Shown here in pieces: positions 48,936 through 59,037 of a DNA stretch of 64,000 bases. Made by a program: the position numbers and the translations under genes. The stretch is from assembly GCA_040219255.1 (NCBI GenBank), contig JAVJSW010000068.1, positions 96,001 through 160,000 of the forward strand, given 5' to 3'. Below the pieces are notes generated by a model. It saw nothing but the letters and a program-made list of their open reading frames with translations. It did no database searches and was not told the origin of the DNA. Position 1 is the first letter of the stretch. Each line of letters begins with the position of its first letter. The stretch comes from Sumerlaeia bacterium (GTDB taxonomy: Bacteria > Sumerlaeota > Sumerlaeia > SLMS01 > JAHLLQ01).

Positions 48936-50429
48936 CTATTGATTCACCAGCGATTTGACTTCGTGAATGAATTCGTTGATATCGCCGGTGTAGTTGACGC
49001 GGCCGATTTCCCGGCCGTTGGCGTCGAAGCGAACGGCGGTGGGAAGACGCACGATCAGGTACTTCCTCGCTGTCTCGGAATTGCGCCCCACGTTGGTCAT
49101 GGCGAAGTTGACGTCCCTCAGGGTCCGTTGACCATCGACCGAATAAACCCAGTCGATGGTGGCTTCGCTCGGTTCGGTGAAGAGGGTGTAGAAGAACCGG
49201 ATCGCGGGGGCGTTTTTCTTGGCGATCAGTTCATTGACGTCCTGGGGCTGGCGGGGAGGCGTGAAGAGCGGCCAGGGGTCCTTCTTGTTGTCCATTTCCT
49301 TGATGCGGCCGTCTTCGATGGTGAAGATGCCATTCTTGTCGTCGTCGTTCGGCAGGTAACGCAGGTCGGGCGATTCCCATTGGTACGTGCCGTCGACGCA
49401 GTATTTGAAGCGGTAGGTGTCGGGCGGCAGGAAAAGGGTCTTGCTGAAGTAGCCGCCGCCGAGGCTTTCCATCTTGCAGACCTCGTTGGTGATGGAGCCA
49501 TCGACGTGGTTGCCCCAGCCGTTGAATTCGCCGGGCAGGTAGAGGGTGGTGGCGGTTGGGTGATAGACGGCGAACTGGACGCCGTGCCCGGTGACGCGGG
49601 GTGGAAAATAGAAAGCGTCGGGCGAGGCGGTGGGGGGGCTGCCCGCATCGAGGGCGGCGGGAGTGTTGGTGGGACCGGGGGTTGGCGTCGGCGGGGTCAG
49701 GGGAACGACGAAGGCGCGGCGGCCCTGGGCGTTGAGGGGAAGTTCCTCCGCGCCGTGGAGCCAGCGGTCGGCCCGCTGGTCGAGATTGATCATGTAGCTG
49801 TATTCGCCCGGTTCGAGGCGGACGACCTTGACGAAGTCGCCACCCTTCACGCGGAACATTTTGTGGGCGTAGTCCGTGATGACGCCGTCCTTGACATTGC
49901 CCCAGTTGTTGAAGCTTCCGGCGAGGAAGGCGGTGTCGGAATTGGGGGCGTAGAGGCGGAATTCGACGCCGTGATGGAGAAACCGGGGCATGTAGACGTA
50001 GGGAGTTCCCTCCAGGTCCAGGCTGCCGCTCTCGCGCACGCGCAGGATGTTTTCACCCTCGGGCGTGCAGGGCAGGCGGTCGGGATCGATCGGGAGGCGC
50101 GCCTGCCACTCGCCATCGACGACGAAGCGGAAGCGATGGGTGCCGGGGCCGAGCGGCACAATCAGGCGAAAGACGCCGTCCGAGCCTTTGTCCATCAGAG
50201 CGTCGGGGGAAGGCTGATCGCCGCCCGGGCGCGAACCCCAGTTGTTGAATGAACCGGCGAGTTGAACCTGGCGGGCGTTGGGGGCGAGAATCGAGAAGAT
50301 GATTCCCTGGGAGGAGGATTGAGGAATCAGCGGTGTGGGATCGGACTGCGCGCGCGCCGGACCGGACAAAGCCAGCGACAGCGCGAGCACCGCGAGAATA
50401 GACCAAAGCGCAGAAGAGCGAACGTTCAC
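48936..50429 (-). CDS. Secreted protein with three CBM48/AMPK-like glycogen-binding domains and a CxxC-less thioredoxin-like tail
   Basis: Three (A/P)G(S/E)FN(N/G)WG repeats, two with F.VDG-type ends; C-terminal IVRLPT..DANGREIGR. Confidence 0.78.
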   Translation of the reverse strand: MNVRSSALWSILAVLALSLALSGPARAQSDPTPLIPQSSSQGIIFSILAPNARQVQLAGSFNNWGSRPGGDQPSPDALMDKGSDGVFRLIVPLGPGTHRFRFVVDGEWQARLPIDPDRLPCTPEGENILRVRESGSLDLEGTPYVYMPRFLHHGVEFRLYAPNSDTAFLAGSFNNWGNVKDGVITDYAHKMFRVKGGDFVKVVRLEPGEYSYMINLDQRADRWLHGAEELPLNAQGRRAFVVPLTPPTPTPGPTNTPAALDAGSPPTASPDAFYFPPRVTGHGVQFAVYHPTATTLYLPGEFNGWGNHVDGSITNEVCKMESLGGGYFSKTLFLPPDTYRFKYCVDGTYQWESPDLRYLPNDDDKNGIFTIEDGRIKEMDNKKDPWPLFTPPRQPQDVNELIAKKNAPAIRFFYTLFTEPSEATIDWVYSVDGQRTLRDVNFAMTNVGRNSETARKYLIVRLPTAVRFDANGREIGRVNYTGDINEFIHEVKSLVNQ

Positions 50430-50913
50430 CGATCGGATATCCTTAGGGTTTTCGAGGAGTTGTGGACACAAAATAGGAGCGGATTGCAACGGTCAAAAAT
50501 GCCCGCCGGACACAGCTTGGAGCAATGCTTTTCAAACCAGGGCGGCAAGCCGGGGGGAGGGCGGCTGGGTGCGGGGCAGACGGTCCGCCCGAAGAAAGCC
50601 TCGCGTCAAAGTCCAGACAGCGCCTTTTATTTGGTCATACAAACGAAAGGTCTTTGATTATTCGGCCTTTCATTCTTTTTTCCGATGTTTTCAGCACACC
50701 CGGGGACTCCATCCTCCAGGGCGCTGGGCGAGGCCTTTTTCGGATTCCTTTCCCATCCGGCCCGGGCGATCGCCAGCTTTTGGAACGGCCCCTACTAAAA
50801 CCCATCCACCGTTGGCATTTCACGGGGGAACCTCACGCCTTGACCACTGGGCGGGGGATCGCGGATAGGGATGGGTCTTGACCACCTCATTGCCGCGAAG
50901 GGCCCCCCTCGTC

Positions 50914-53478
50914 ATGTCCAGTGAATACCTTCCCATACCCGCCAACGATGGGCCCGCCGGCGAGCGCCGTTACCTGTGCATCCACGCCCACCTCTATCAG
51001 CCCCCCCGCGAGAACCCCTGGCTGGAGACGATCGAGGAGCAGCCCAGCGCCGGCCCCTTCCACGACTGGAACGCCCGCATCACGTCGGAGTGCTACGGCC
51101 CCAACACGGCGGCGCGCATCACGGACCATCAGGCTCGCATCCTGGATATCCGCAACAACTACGAGCAGATCAGCTTCAACATCGGGCCGACGCTCTTTTC
51201 CTGGCTGGAAGAACACGCCCCGATGTTCTACGAGGAGATCCTGGCCGCCGACGCCCGCAGCGCCGAGCGCCGCGGCGGCCACGGCAACGCCGTGGCCCAG
51301 GTCTACAACCATGTCATCATGCCGCTGCAAACGGCTCGCGACAAGCACACGCAAATCCTGTGGGGGATGGAGGATTTCCGCGCCCGGTTCCGCCGCGACC
51401 CGGAAGGCATGTGGCTGGCCGAAACGGCGGCCGACACGGACTCGCTGGAGGCTCTGGCGGACAACGGCATCAAATACACGATCCTTGCCCCACGCCAAGC
51501 CAAGGCCTGGCGCGAGTTGGACGGCACGGGGGGCTGGCGCCGCGGCGGCATCGATCCCACGCGGCCTTATCTGTGCTCGCTGCCGAGCGGCCGCAGCATC
51601 GTGCTCTTCTTCTACGATGGTCCGATCAGCCAGGGCGTGGCCTTCGAGGGGCTTCTGAACAACGGCGAAGCCTTCGCCGACCGCCTCGCCAGCGGCTTCA
51701 GCCGCGCCCGCCGCTGGCCCCAGCTGATGCACATCGCCACCGACGGCGAGTCCTATGGCCACCACCACCGCCACGGCGAAATGGCGCTCGCCTACGCGCT
51801 CCACAATATCGAGAAGCGCAATCTGGCGGCGCTGACGAACTACGGCGAGTATCTGTCACTGGTGACGCCGACCTGCGAAGCGCAAATCTGGGAGGAGTCG
51901 TCCTGGTCCTGCGTCCATGGGGTCGAGCGCTGGCGCAGCGACTGCGGCTGCAACAGCGGCGGCCGGCCGGGCTGGAATCAGGCTTGGCGCGGCCCGCTGC
52001 GGGCGGCCTACGACATCGTCAAGGAGAAGGCCGACGAGGTGTTCGGCCGCGAAGGAGAACGCTACTTCGACGACCCGTGGAAAGCCCGCGACGCCTACAT
52101 CAACGTGCTGCTGGACCGCGACCGGGTGCGGGTGAAGGAATTCCTGGCGACGCACACGGCGGAGGCGCTGGACGCGCCGGAGCGCAAGCTGGCGCTGCGG
52201 CTGCTGGAAATGCAGCGCCACTCGATGCTGATGTACACGAGTTGCGCGTGGTTCTTCGATGAAGTGAGCGGGCTGGAAACGACGCAAACGATGAAGTACG
52301 CTTCACGGGTGCTTCAGTTGATCGCGCCTTACGAACCGGATCTGGAAGACGAATTTCTGGCGGAGCTTGCCAAAGCGCCCAGCAACATCCCGGAATACGG
52401 AAACGGCGGCGAGGTCTACCAGCGCTTCATCAAGCCGCAGGAGGTGGACCTGTCGCGCGTGGCGGCGAACTACGCGCTGATGAATTTCGACCAGCAGGAG
52501 GCGGAGGCGACACGGCAATACTGCTTCGACATCGTCGAGTCGGAACCGGCTCTGGCGTGGCACGGCAACGCGCGGATCAAGATGAGCCGCCTGAGCGTGC
52601 GCAACCGCACCGACGGCGACATGTTGGACGCGGTGGCGTGTGTGCTGCACTATGGCGGCCACGACTTCCAATGCGCGCTGGCGACACCCTTCAGCTCTCA
52701 CGACTACAAGCATATCCGCGAGGAGATCTTCCAGAAGTTCCAGCGCGGTTCGCTGGCGGAGGTGTTGCGAACGCTCGATCACTACTTCGGCGGCCGGGAT
52801 TACAAGATGAGCGACATGTTCGGCGAATGCCAGCGCGAGCTGCTCGCCCGCGTGACCCAGGAAGGCTTCGTGCGGTTCGACTCGGCCCTGGCCCACATGT
52901 ACGACGACAACCGCAAACTGATGGGCTACCTGCTCGAGGTCGGCGCCCCCACGCCCAAGGGCTTCCTGGCGGTGGCGGAATACGTGCTGCGCTCGCGCCT
53001 GCGTGATGAGCTTGAGCAGTTCACCGTCACGGAAAACCCCGCCCGCGCCATGGAACTGGCGGAGGAAGCGCAGCGGCTGGGAACCGTCCATGTGGTGGAC
53101 GAGACGCTCTTGAGTCAATTGACGCACATTCTCGATCAGGTCTTTCGCCGCGTGGCGATGGCGCCGCTCGAGGAGAACTGCCGGCTGGCGAACCAGGTGC
53201 TCGATATCGTCGAGCTGCTCAACGCGCCGCTCGATCTGTGGGAGCCGCAGAACATCGTCTTCGCTCTGGTGCACGACCGCGTGTTGCCGGTGCGCATCCA
53301 ACGCCAGAAGGCGGAAGCGACCAGCGACCGGAACCTGCGGGACTTGTTCGACTCGATGGAGAGCGGTGGCCGACCGAGGGTGATGCCTGAGTTGCGGGCG
53401 CTGGCGGACCGGCTGAAGATCGCGGAGGCGCCACTGCGCCGGGAGCCGGCGAAAAAGCGCGAGGTGGTGCTTAGCTAG
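50914..53478 (+). CDS. GH57 family / DUF3536 alpha-glucan-active protein
   Basis: HAHLYQPPRENPW, GMWLAET, ATDGESYGHH, SWSCVHGVERW, MYTSCAWFF. Confidence 0.9.
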   Translation: MSSEYLPIPANDGPAGERRYLCIHAHLYQPPRENPWLETIEEQPSAGPFHDWNARITSECYGPNTAARITDHQARILDIRNNYEQISFNIGPTLFSWLEEHAPMFYEEILAADARSAERRGGHGNAVAQVYNHVIMPLQTARDKHTQILWGMEDFRARFRRDPEGMWLAETAADTDSLEALADNGIKYTILAPRQAKAWRELDGTGGWRRGGIDPTRPYLCSLPSGRSIVLFFYDGPISQGVAFEGLLNNGEAFADRLASGFSRARRWPQLMHIATDGESYGHHHRHGEMALAYALHNIEKRNLAALTNYGEYLSLVTPTCEAQIWEESSWSCVHGVERWRSDCGCNSGGRPGWNQAWRGPLRAAYDIVKEKADEVFGREGERYFDDPWKARDAYINVLLDRDRVRVKEFLATHTAEALDAPERKLALRLLEMQRHSMLMYTSCAWFFDEVSGLETTQTMKYASRVLQLIAPYEPDLEDEFLAELAKAPSNIPEYGNGGEVYQRFIKPQEVDLSRVAANYALMNFDQQEAEATRQYCFDIVESEPALAWHGNARIKMSRLSVRNRTDGDMLDAVACVLHYGGHDFQCALATPFSSHDYKHIREEIFQKFQRGSLAEVLRTLDHYFGGRDYKMSDMFGECQRELLARVTQEGFVRFDSALAHMYDDNRKLMGYLLEVGAPTPKGFLAVAEYVLRSRLRDELEQFTVTENPARAMELAEEAQRLGTVHVVDETLLSQLTHILDQVFRRVAMAPLEENCRLANQVLDIVELLNAPLDLWEPQNIVFALVHDRVLPVRIQRQKAEATSDRNLRDLFDSMESGGRPRVMPELRALADRLKIAEAPLRREPAKKREVVLS

Positions 53479-53545
53479 GAGCGGCCCTTCTTCGCGCCGC
53501 GTTGACGGTGAAAAGGCCCGGGTCCAGCTCAACGCCAGTGTCTTC

Positions 53546-54388
53546 CTACCTCATCTCCGCCGTATCGAGGAGAATGGACATGGCGAGCGCGGCGCGGCGG
53601 TCCATGTGGCGGGCGGGATCGCCGGAGAGGTCGAGGACGTACTCGTCGATGAGGGTGAGTTTGCGGTTGTAGACTCCGAAGACGGTGCCGTCGCCGTGCT
53701 CGAAATTGAAGTTCGTGCGCAGGAGGCCATAGAGAGTCCCGAGGTAGCGGCGCAGGGCGGCGCGGACCCAGGAGTCCTCGCGGCAGCGGAAGAGGAAGTC
53801 GCCGTTGGGGGCTTCGGCGAGCCATTCGCGGCGGATGATGGATCGGATGGTGTCGCGCCGCAAGACGGCGACCTTCCCGCCGAGGCAATCCCAGAGGGTG
53901 TACTGACGATAGAGGCCCATTTTGTTGTCCTGGGTGATCGCCATGACGCGCCAGGCGAGGGATTCGTCGGTGTAGATGTCGATGTCGCGATAGGGCGCCA
54001 TCAGGGTGGCGGCGACGCCGAGGAAGAAATTCGAAATGAAGAGCAACAGGAGCGGAATGAGCAGGCTGCCAGTCGCCGAAATCAGATAGAAGGCACCGAT
54101 GAAGATGGCCAGCCGGACGACGGTCAGGAAGAGCCCGAGGACGATGTTGATGGCGAGCCTGGGGGGGCGGACGACGAAGAAGCGGGGATACCCCTGGCCG
54201 TCGGAGATTGTGTACTTTTGCGCCAGGGTGAGGACCTTCTGCCGCACGTGCAGTTCGTCGTAGGAGAAAAGCCACTGGAGGTAGGCGAGCAGGGATGGGT
54301 CCAGGCCAGCGGGGGCGGGGCTCGTCTCCGGCTCCGGGTTGGCGGCGGGGGCGGGTTGTGCTTCGGCGGGGGCGGCGGGATCGGTCAT
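53546..54388 (-). CDS. LURP-one/scramblase-like membrane protein
   Basis: VRQKVLTLAQKYTI.D..G, RKLTLIDEYVLD..DRR; two TM helices inserted. Confidence 0.6.
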   Translation of the reverse strand: MTDPAAPAEAQPAPAANPEPETSPAPAGLDPSLLAYLQWLFSYDELHVRQKVLTLAQKYTISDGQGYPRFFVVRPPRLAINIVLGLFLTVVRLAIFIGAFYLISATGSLLIPLLLLFISNFFLGVAATLMAPYRDIDIYTDESLAWRVMAITQDNKMGLYRQYTLWDCLGGKVAVLRRDTIRSIIRREWLAEAPNGDFLFRCREDSWVRAALRRYLGTLYGLLRTNFNFEHGDGTVFGVYNRKLTLIDEYVLDLSGDPARHMDRRAALAMSILLDTAEMR

Positions 54389-54469
54389 GGGAGAAGAGGT
54401 TGGCGGAGGCGCTCGATCAGGGTGGGTTGCCTGAAACCGGAGCAAATCCCTCGCCCGGCCCGCGAGCCT

Positions 54470-55444
54470 TTATTGGCGGGGTGGGGCGGTTTCGCCCGGT
54501 CCGGGGGGAACGGGCGATTCGAGCAGGTCGGCGTTTCTAGGGAGGGCGTCGCCGCTGGCGGCGGCGTAGATGGCTTCCACTTCGGCCCGGCCGGCGACCT
54601 TCATGCGGATCGCGTCGCGGAAGGGGTGGGGCTGGAACTGAAAGGCTTCGCGGGCGGGGGCGATGTCGAAGGTCTTGTCCTCGCGCATGCGGCGGATCAT
54701 ATCGGGATGGACGCCAGGAAGGACCTTGGCGGCCAGAACCCCGAGCGGTACGGGGACGGTCATCAGGCGCACGTCCCGGTCGAGGGCCTGGACGATTTCC
54801 TCGATGAACTGGCGGTAGGTCAGTGGCTGGGGCCCGGCGAGGTTGAAGTCGCGTTTGGCGGTATCGCGCGGCGAGCGCAACACTGCGACGAGAGCGTCCA
54901 CCAGGTCCTCGACATAGATGGGTTGCACCTGATTCTTGCCGCCGCCAAAAAGCGGGAACCAGTTCTTGCGCGAGAGCCAGCGCACGAGGCGCTCCACATT
55001 CTGGTCGCGCTTGCCGCCGAAAATCATCGTCGGCCGCAGAAGCGTCCAATCCAGCCCCGACTCGGTCACCGGCAGTTCGGCGTTGATGACGGCAACGGCG
55101 GTGGGGTCCTTCAGGCTGGAGAAGCGGCGGGTCGAAGAGGTGAGGACGAGGCGCTCGATCGAGAAGCGATGGCAGGCTTGAACCAGCGCCGGGGAATAGC
55201 GGATATGGGCGGTGGAGACGAGGGCTTCGCAGCCCTCGAGGGCTTCCCAGAGCGTCCAGCGGCGAAGGCAATCGCCCTCGCGGATGTCGATCCCGGCGAG
55301 AGCGAGGCGCTTGGCCACGGGCGAGGCGGGATCGCGGGTGAGGCCGCGGACCTCGACACCGAGGCGCGAGAGGCGCAGCGCGAGGCGCTCGCCGGTGTGG
55401 CTGGTGCAGCCCACGTGCAGGATGCGGCGCGGGAGGAGGATCAT
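54470..55444 (-). CDS. Atypical SDR / NAD(P)-binding epimerase family
   Basis: Rossmann start, SGLDWTLLRPTMIFG, QPIYVEDL. Confidence 0.85.
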   Translation of the reverse strand: MILLPRRILHVGCTSHTGERLALRLSRLGVEVRGLTRDPASPVAKRLALAGIDIREGDCLRRWTLWEALEGCEALVSTAHIRYSPALVQACHRFSIERLVLTSSTRRFSSLKDPTAVAVINAELPVTESGLDWTLLRPTMIFGGKRDQNVERLVRWLSRKNWFPLFGGGKNQVQPIYVEDLVDALVAVLRSPRDTAKRDFNLAGPQPLTYRQFIEEIVQALDRDVRLMTVPVPLGVLAAKVLPGVHPDMIRRMREDKTFDIAPAREAFQFQPHPFRDAIRMKVAGRAEVEAIYAAASGDALPRNADLLESPVPPGPGETAPPRQ

Positions 55445-56679
55445 GCCCAGCCCCCTTCTTTGTAGGGTTCCGGGGGCAGGATCTGGCGGACTCGAAGATA
55501 GCGCTCGTAGAGCTGCCACTGGCGGCGTAGATTGAGGGCGAGGGAGTATTCGTCGATGGCGCGCATCCGACCGGCGGCGCCCATCTTCTGGGCGATTTCC
55601 CGGTGGCGCAGCAGGTAGCTGACGGCGCTCGCCAGCTCCTCATGACTTCCCACATCGATCAGGAATCCCGTGGAGCCGTCGACCACTTCTTCGCGGCAGC
55701 CGCGGATCCGGGTCGTGACGACCGGGACCGAGAGAATCATGGCCTCGATGATGGAGACGGGCATGCCTTCGCGGTAGCTCGGCAGGGTGAAAACGTCGCT
55801 GGCGACCATGAGTTCGGGGACATCGTCGCGCATTCCGAGGAGGTGCATGCGGCCCTGGAGTTCCGGGGCTTTGGCGAGCTTTTCGAGCTTCTGGCGGATG
55901 CGGTCGCGTTCGCTCTTGAGGGCGTCGCCGATGACCAGGAAATGGGCGTTGGGCACTTGCTTGAGGATCAGGGGCGCGGCGCGGAAGAATTCGAAGAAGC
56001 CCTTCTCGCGGGTCATGCGGCCCATGATGGCCATCACGGGCGCGTCCTGCGGAATTCCCAGTTCCTGGCGCACCTGGGGCCGGCGGACTTGCAGCCGGTG
56101 CAGGTTGAAGCGGGCTTCGTCGACGCCGTTGGGAATGACGTGGATGTTTTCCGGCCTTTCGATGCGTTCGCTTTCCGCGGTGCGGGCGTCCTCCGGGCTG
56201 ACGCAAATCAGGGCGTCCTGGAACTTGGCGAAGAGGCGCTCGAGACCGATGTGGATCCGGCGTTTCCAGGGCGCCATGCGGTCGTGGAAGTAGAACCCGT
56301 GGGCCGTATGGAGAATCACTTTGCGCCGGCAAAGCCAAGCCACGAGACGCCCCAGCAAGGCCGCGATCGGTGTATGCACATGGACGACATCGTACTCTCC
56401 GCGCAGGATGACCCAGGCCAGCCGCAGGGCGCTGAAGGGGTGCAGGGGCGAAAGAGCGCTGCGGGAAATGCGCACCGGCACCATGGTCAGCCCCGATTCC
56501 TTCAGCTCTTTCCAGTACGGGCCGGGCGTGCAGGCGATGTGGGCCTCGCAGCCGTGCTTGTCCAGCATGCGGGCGATGGGGGCCAGGAACTGTTTCACCG
56601 TGAAGTCCACGGCGCAAAGGATCAGGACCTTGGGTTTCTTGGGTTCGGGCTGGGATTCGCCGGTCTTTTGCTCCGTCAT
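55441..56679 (-). CDS. Glycosyltransferase family 4
   Basis: HVHTP, HTAHGF, PNGVD, LPSYREGMP..IIEAM. Confidence 0.92.
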   Translation of the reverse strand: MTEQKTGESQPEPKKPKVLILCAVDFTVKQFLAPIARMLDKHGCEAHIACTPGPYWKELKESGLTMVPVRISRSALSPLHPFSALRLAWVILRGEYDVVHVHTPIAALLGRLVAWLCRRKVILHTAHGFYFHDRMAPWKRRIHIGLERLFAKFQDALICVSPEDARTAESERIERPENIHVIPNGVDEARFNLHRLQVRRPQVRQELGIPQDAPVMAIMGRMTREKGFFEFFRAAPLILKQVPNAHFLVIGDALKSERDRIRQKLEKLAKAPELQGRMHLLGMRDDVPELMVASDVFTLPSYREGMPVSIIEAMILSVPVVTTRIRGCREEVVDGSTGFLIDVGSHEELASAVSYLLRHREIAQKMGAAGRMRAIDEYSLALNLRRQWQLYERYLRVRQILPPEPYKEGGWA

Positions 56680-56775
56680 GACTGTGGGCTTCCGTAGGTC
56701 GTCCGCTTTGGCGGCGCGAGAGAAGGAGTTATCCCGGCCGGCGGGAGCGTCGTCAAGCTCTCGGAAGAGTCGGGC

Positions 56776-58245
56776 TCATTGTTCAAGAGCATCGAAATAG
56801 ACCGGGTCGGTAGCCATCCAGACATCCACGGCGTCGCCGGCGCGGCGGAGGCGCAGCGTCCGGCCTTCGCCGCTCCAGACCGCCGTTTCGCCGTCGGCGG
56901 GCATGGGACGTCCGGCGCTCCAGAGTTTTTCGAAGGCGGAAAGGGAACGAAAGCGGCGCTCGAGCATTTCCAGGAATTCCGCCGCGTCGTCCTCCGAGTC
57001 CCACACGGTGGCCCAGGCCAGGACCCAGGCTTCTCGCTTCTCGTCGTGGGCCAGCATCATCTCGTCGCCGCCCCATCCCGCCGCGCCGCGAAAGGCCGCC
57101 GAGTTGCCGCGCATGGCTTCCGGCAGGAGGGCCTGATTGACTTCGCCTGGCAGGGAAAGGGTCAGCCGGATGCCCCACTCGCCCCAAGTGTCGCGGTAGC
57201 GCTCGGTCAGGCCGTGGCGGCCTTCAGGCCAGGAGGGGGCGCTCACCGGGCGGGGAGCTTCCATGCGGGGGTAGTATTTTTCCGGGTGGAGGATTTGCTC
57301 GGTGCTTTGCGGCGGCACGCGGAAGGGCAGCATGCGCCAGAAGGGGAAGTTTTCCTGCTTCAGGTGCGCCATGAATTCCAGGCCGGCGGAATAGGGGAAG
57401 TAGGACGTGACGCCCATGGAGGGCGGCGCGGAGGCCTTGAAGGTGCGGAATTCGGGGGCGAGCCACATGTCGGCGGGAAGGCTCGATTCGGCCAGCGCCG
57501 AACGCCCCCCGCCGGCCATCGCCATGCTGCGGCCGAAAGCCTCCTGCCATTCGTTTTCCGAGAGTTCGGCGTCGCCTTCCACCACGGCCCGGCGCGCCAG
57601 TTTCGTGTCGGCGTTCAGTCCGTCGGTTTCGTAAACCATGGCGTTCAGGTCGAAGTGCTGGTCCTGCAGGGCGTGGGTGATTTCGTGGGCCAGGACCTGC
57701 TGGCCGAAAGGCGACAGCGGATCGGTCTTGGTGAGGACCGAGAGGAACTTGGACTCGGGGTCGTAGAACCCGGCGATGGGCGGCACGGTGCGCATTCGCA
57801 TGAGGAGCAGGACGTCGGTGTCTTCCGGGATGACGCCCAGGGCCTTGGAGGCGAGGCCGTCGGCAAGAGCTTCGTCTTCGTCGCCGATCAGCTTTTCGCG
57901 CTGGGTTTCGACCCAGCCGACGACTTCCGGGTCGCTCATGAGGCGGGTTTCGACCGCGTGTTTGAGGGGCAGTTCGCGGGTCTTGACGACCTGCTGGCTG
58001 ATGGTTTCGACGACGTCGCGATAGACCGCTTCCGCCTCGCCGCGGGTGAGGGCGGGCTGGTTGCCCTGGCTCCAGGAGGTGAGGATGTCGGCGAGGTCGG
58101 ATTCGGCGCTCTGGCCGTGCAGAGCGTTCCCCGCCCCGGCCCAGAGGACGGCGAGACAGGCCAGGATTGGAGTGGTAAGGCGGAGGATGATCGGACGCTG
58201 CAAGACGGGCTCCCGGAAGCACGATGGACCCAGAGGGTAGTTCAT
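56776..58245 (-). CDS. Secreted zinc metalloprotease-like protein (HExxH)
   Basis: AGFYDP, LAHEITHALQDQHF, EGDA, FPY..G, PPQSTEQILHPEKY, GWGGD. Confidence 0.75.
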   Translation of the reverse strand: MNYPLGPSCFREPVLQRPIILRLTTPILACLAVLWAGAGNALHGQSAESDLADILTSWSQGNQPALTRGEAEAVYRDVVETISQQVVKTRELPLKHAVETRLMSDPEVVGWVETQREKLIGDEDEALADGLASKALGVIPEDTDVLLLMRMRTVPPIAGFYDPESKFLSVLTKTDPLSPFGQQVLAHEITHALQDQHFDLNAMVYETDGLNADTKLARRAVVEGDAELSENEWQEAFGRSMAMAGGGRSALAESSLPADMWLAPEFRTFKASAPPSMGVTSYFPYSAGLEFMAHLKQENFPFWRMLPFRVPPQSTEQILHPEKYYPRMEAPRPVSAPSWPEGRHGLTERYRDTWGEWGIRLTLSLPGEVNQALLPEAMRGNSAAFRGAAGWGGDEMMLAHDEKREAWVLAWATVWDSEDDAAEFLEMLERRFRSLSAFEKLWSAGRPMPADGETAVWSGEGRTLRLRRAGDAVDVWMATDPVYFDALEQ

Positions 58246-58280
58246 GCGCCGGGACTCGGCAAAGGGAATGCGCGAGGGCG

Positions 58281-58799
58281 CTAGTTTTGCCTCCAGAGAT
58301 GCGGCGGTTCGGCGGGCTCGACCTGGCTCAGGGGCTTGTTTTCCGGCCAGATGTAGACCCAGGCGACGCGCGAGCCCTCGCGCCCGGCGCGGGCCAGGAC
58401 GCGATGGTAGTTCGAGGCGCCGGGGGGGCGGCCGGGATGGAACTCCTCGAGCGCGTCGAGGCGGGGCAGAATTTCGCGGCCGTCGCGGTAGGTGTAGAGT
58501 TCACCCTCGACGGCGAAGCGCTCCGCGCCGTCGGGCGCCGCGCGCAGGCCCCCCAGGGTTTCCATCGAACGGCCGATTCGAGCCTGTAACTCAAGGTCTG
58601 CCAAGGGGTCGGCGCTGCCATAGGCCAGAATGTCGGCCCGGGCGATGCGCAGGTAGGGATAGGCCCGATGGGCGGGAATGAGTAACCCTCCGACGACCAC
58701 GCAGTCCTCGACGGCGGCGTAGCCTTCCATGAGATGATGATTGGCGAAGCCGCGCTTGAGCGTGCCGTAGACGAAGATTTTAAGAGCGGGAAGGACCAT
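58281..58799 (-). CDS. Gamma-glutamylcyclotransferase family
   Basis: FVYGTLKRG..NH, GELY, LDALE, AWVY. Confidence 0.88.
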   Translation of the reverse strand: MVLPALKIFVYGTLKRGFANHHLMEGYAAVEDCVVVGGLLIPAHRAYPYLRIARADILAYGSADPLADLELQARIGRSMETLGGLRAAPDGAERFAVEGELYTYRDGREILPRLDALEEFHPGRPPGASNYHRVLARAGREGSRVAWVYIWPENKPLSQVEPAEPPHLWRQN

Positions 58800-59037
58800 G
58801 TCGGGCGAATCTTCTGTCAGGAAGGGTTTACGGCGGCGGATTCTTTATGGCGGAACAATAGCTCAGTCGCAAGGGCGAGGCATGCTAAGATTGTGTCAGA
58901 GACGCTCCAACACGCGGCGTGGCGCGAGAACGGGCCGGGCGGGTAATTCAAACTTGACGGTCTCTTACGCTTGTCATTGAACCGGGGGGGCGGTAAAGTT
59001 CCCCTTGAAGATTTTGGACGGTCAGTACCTCACGATC

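Noticed and set aside
54470-55444. SDR lacking YxxxK as another pseudoenzyme
   Set aside because: Atypical SDR subfamilies commonly lack this motif.
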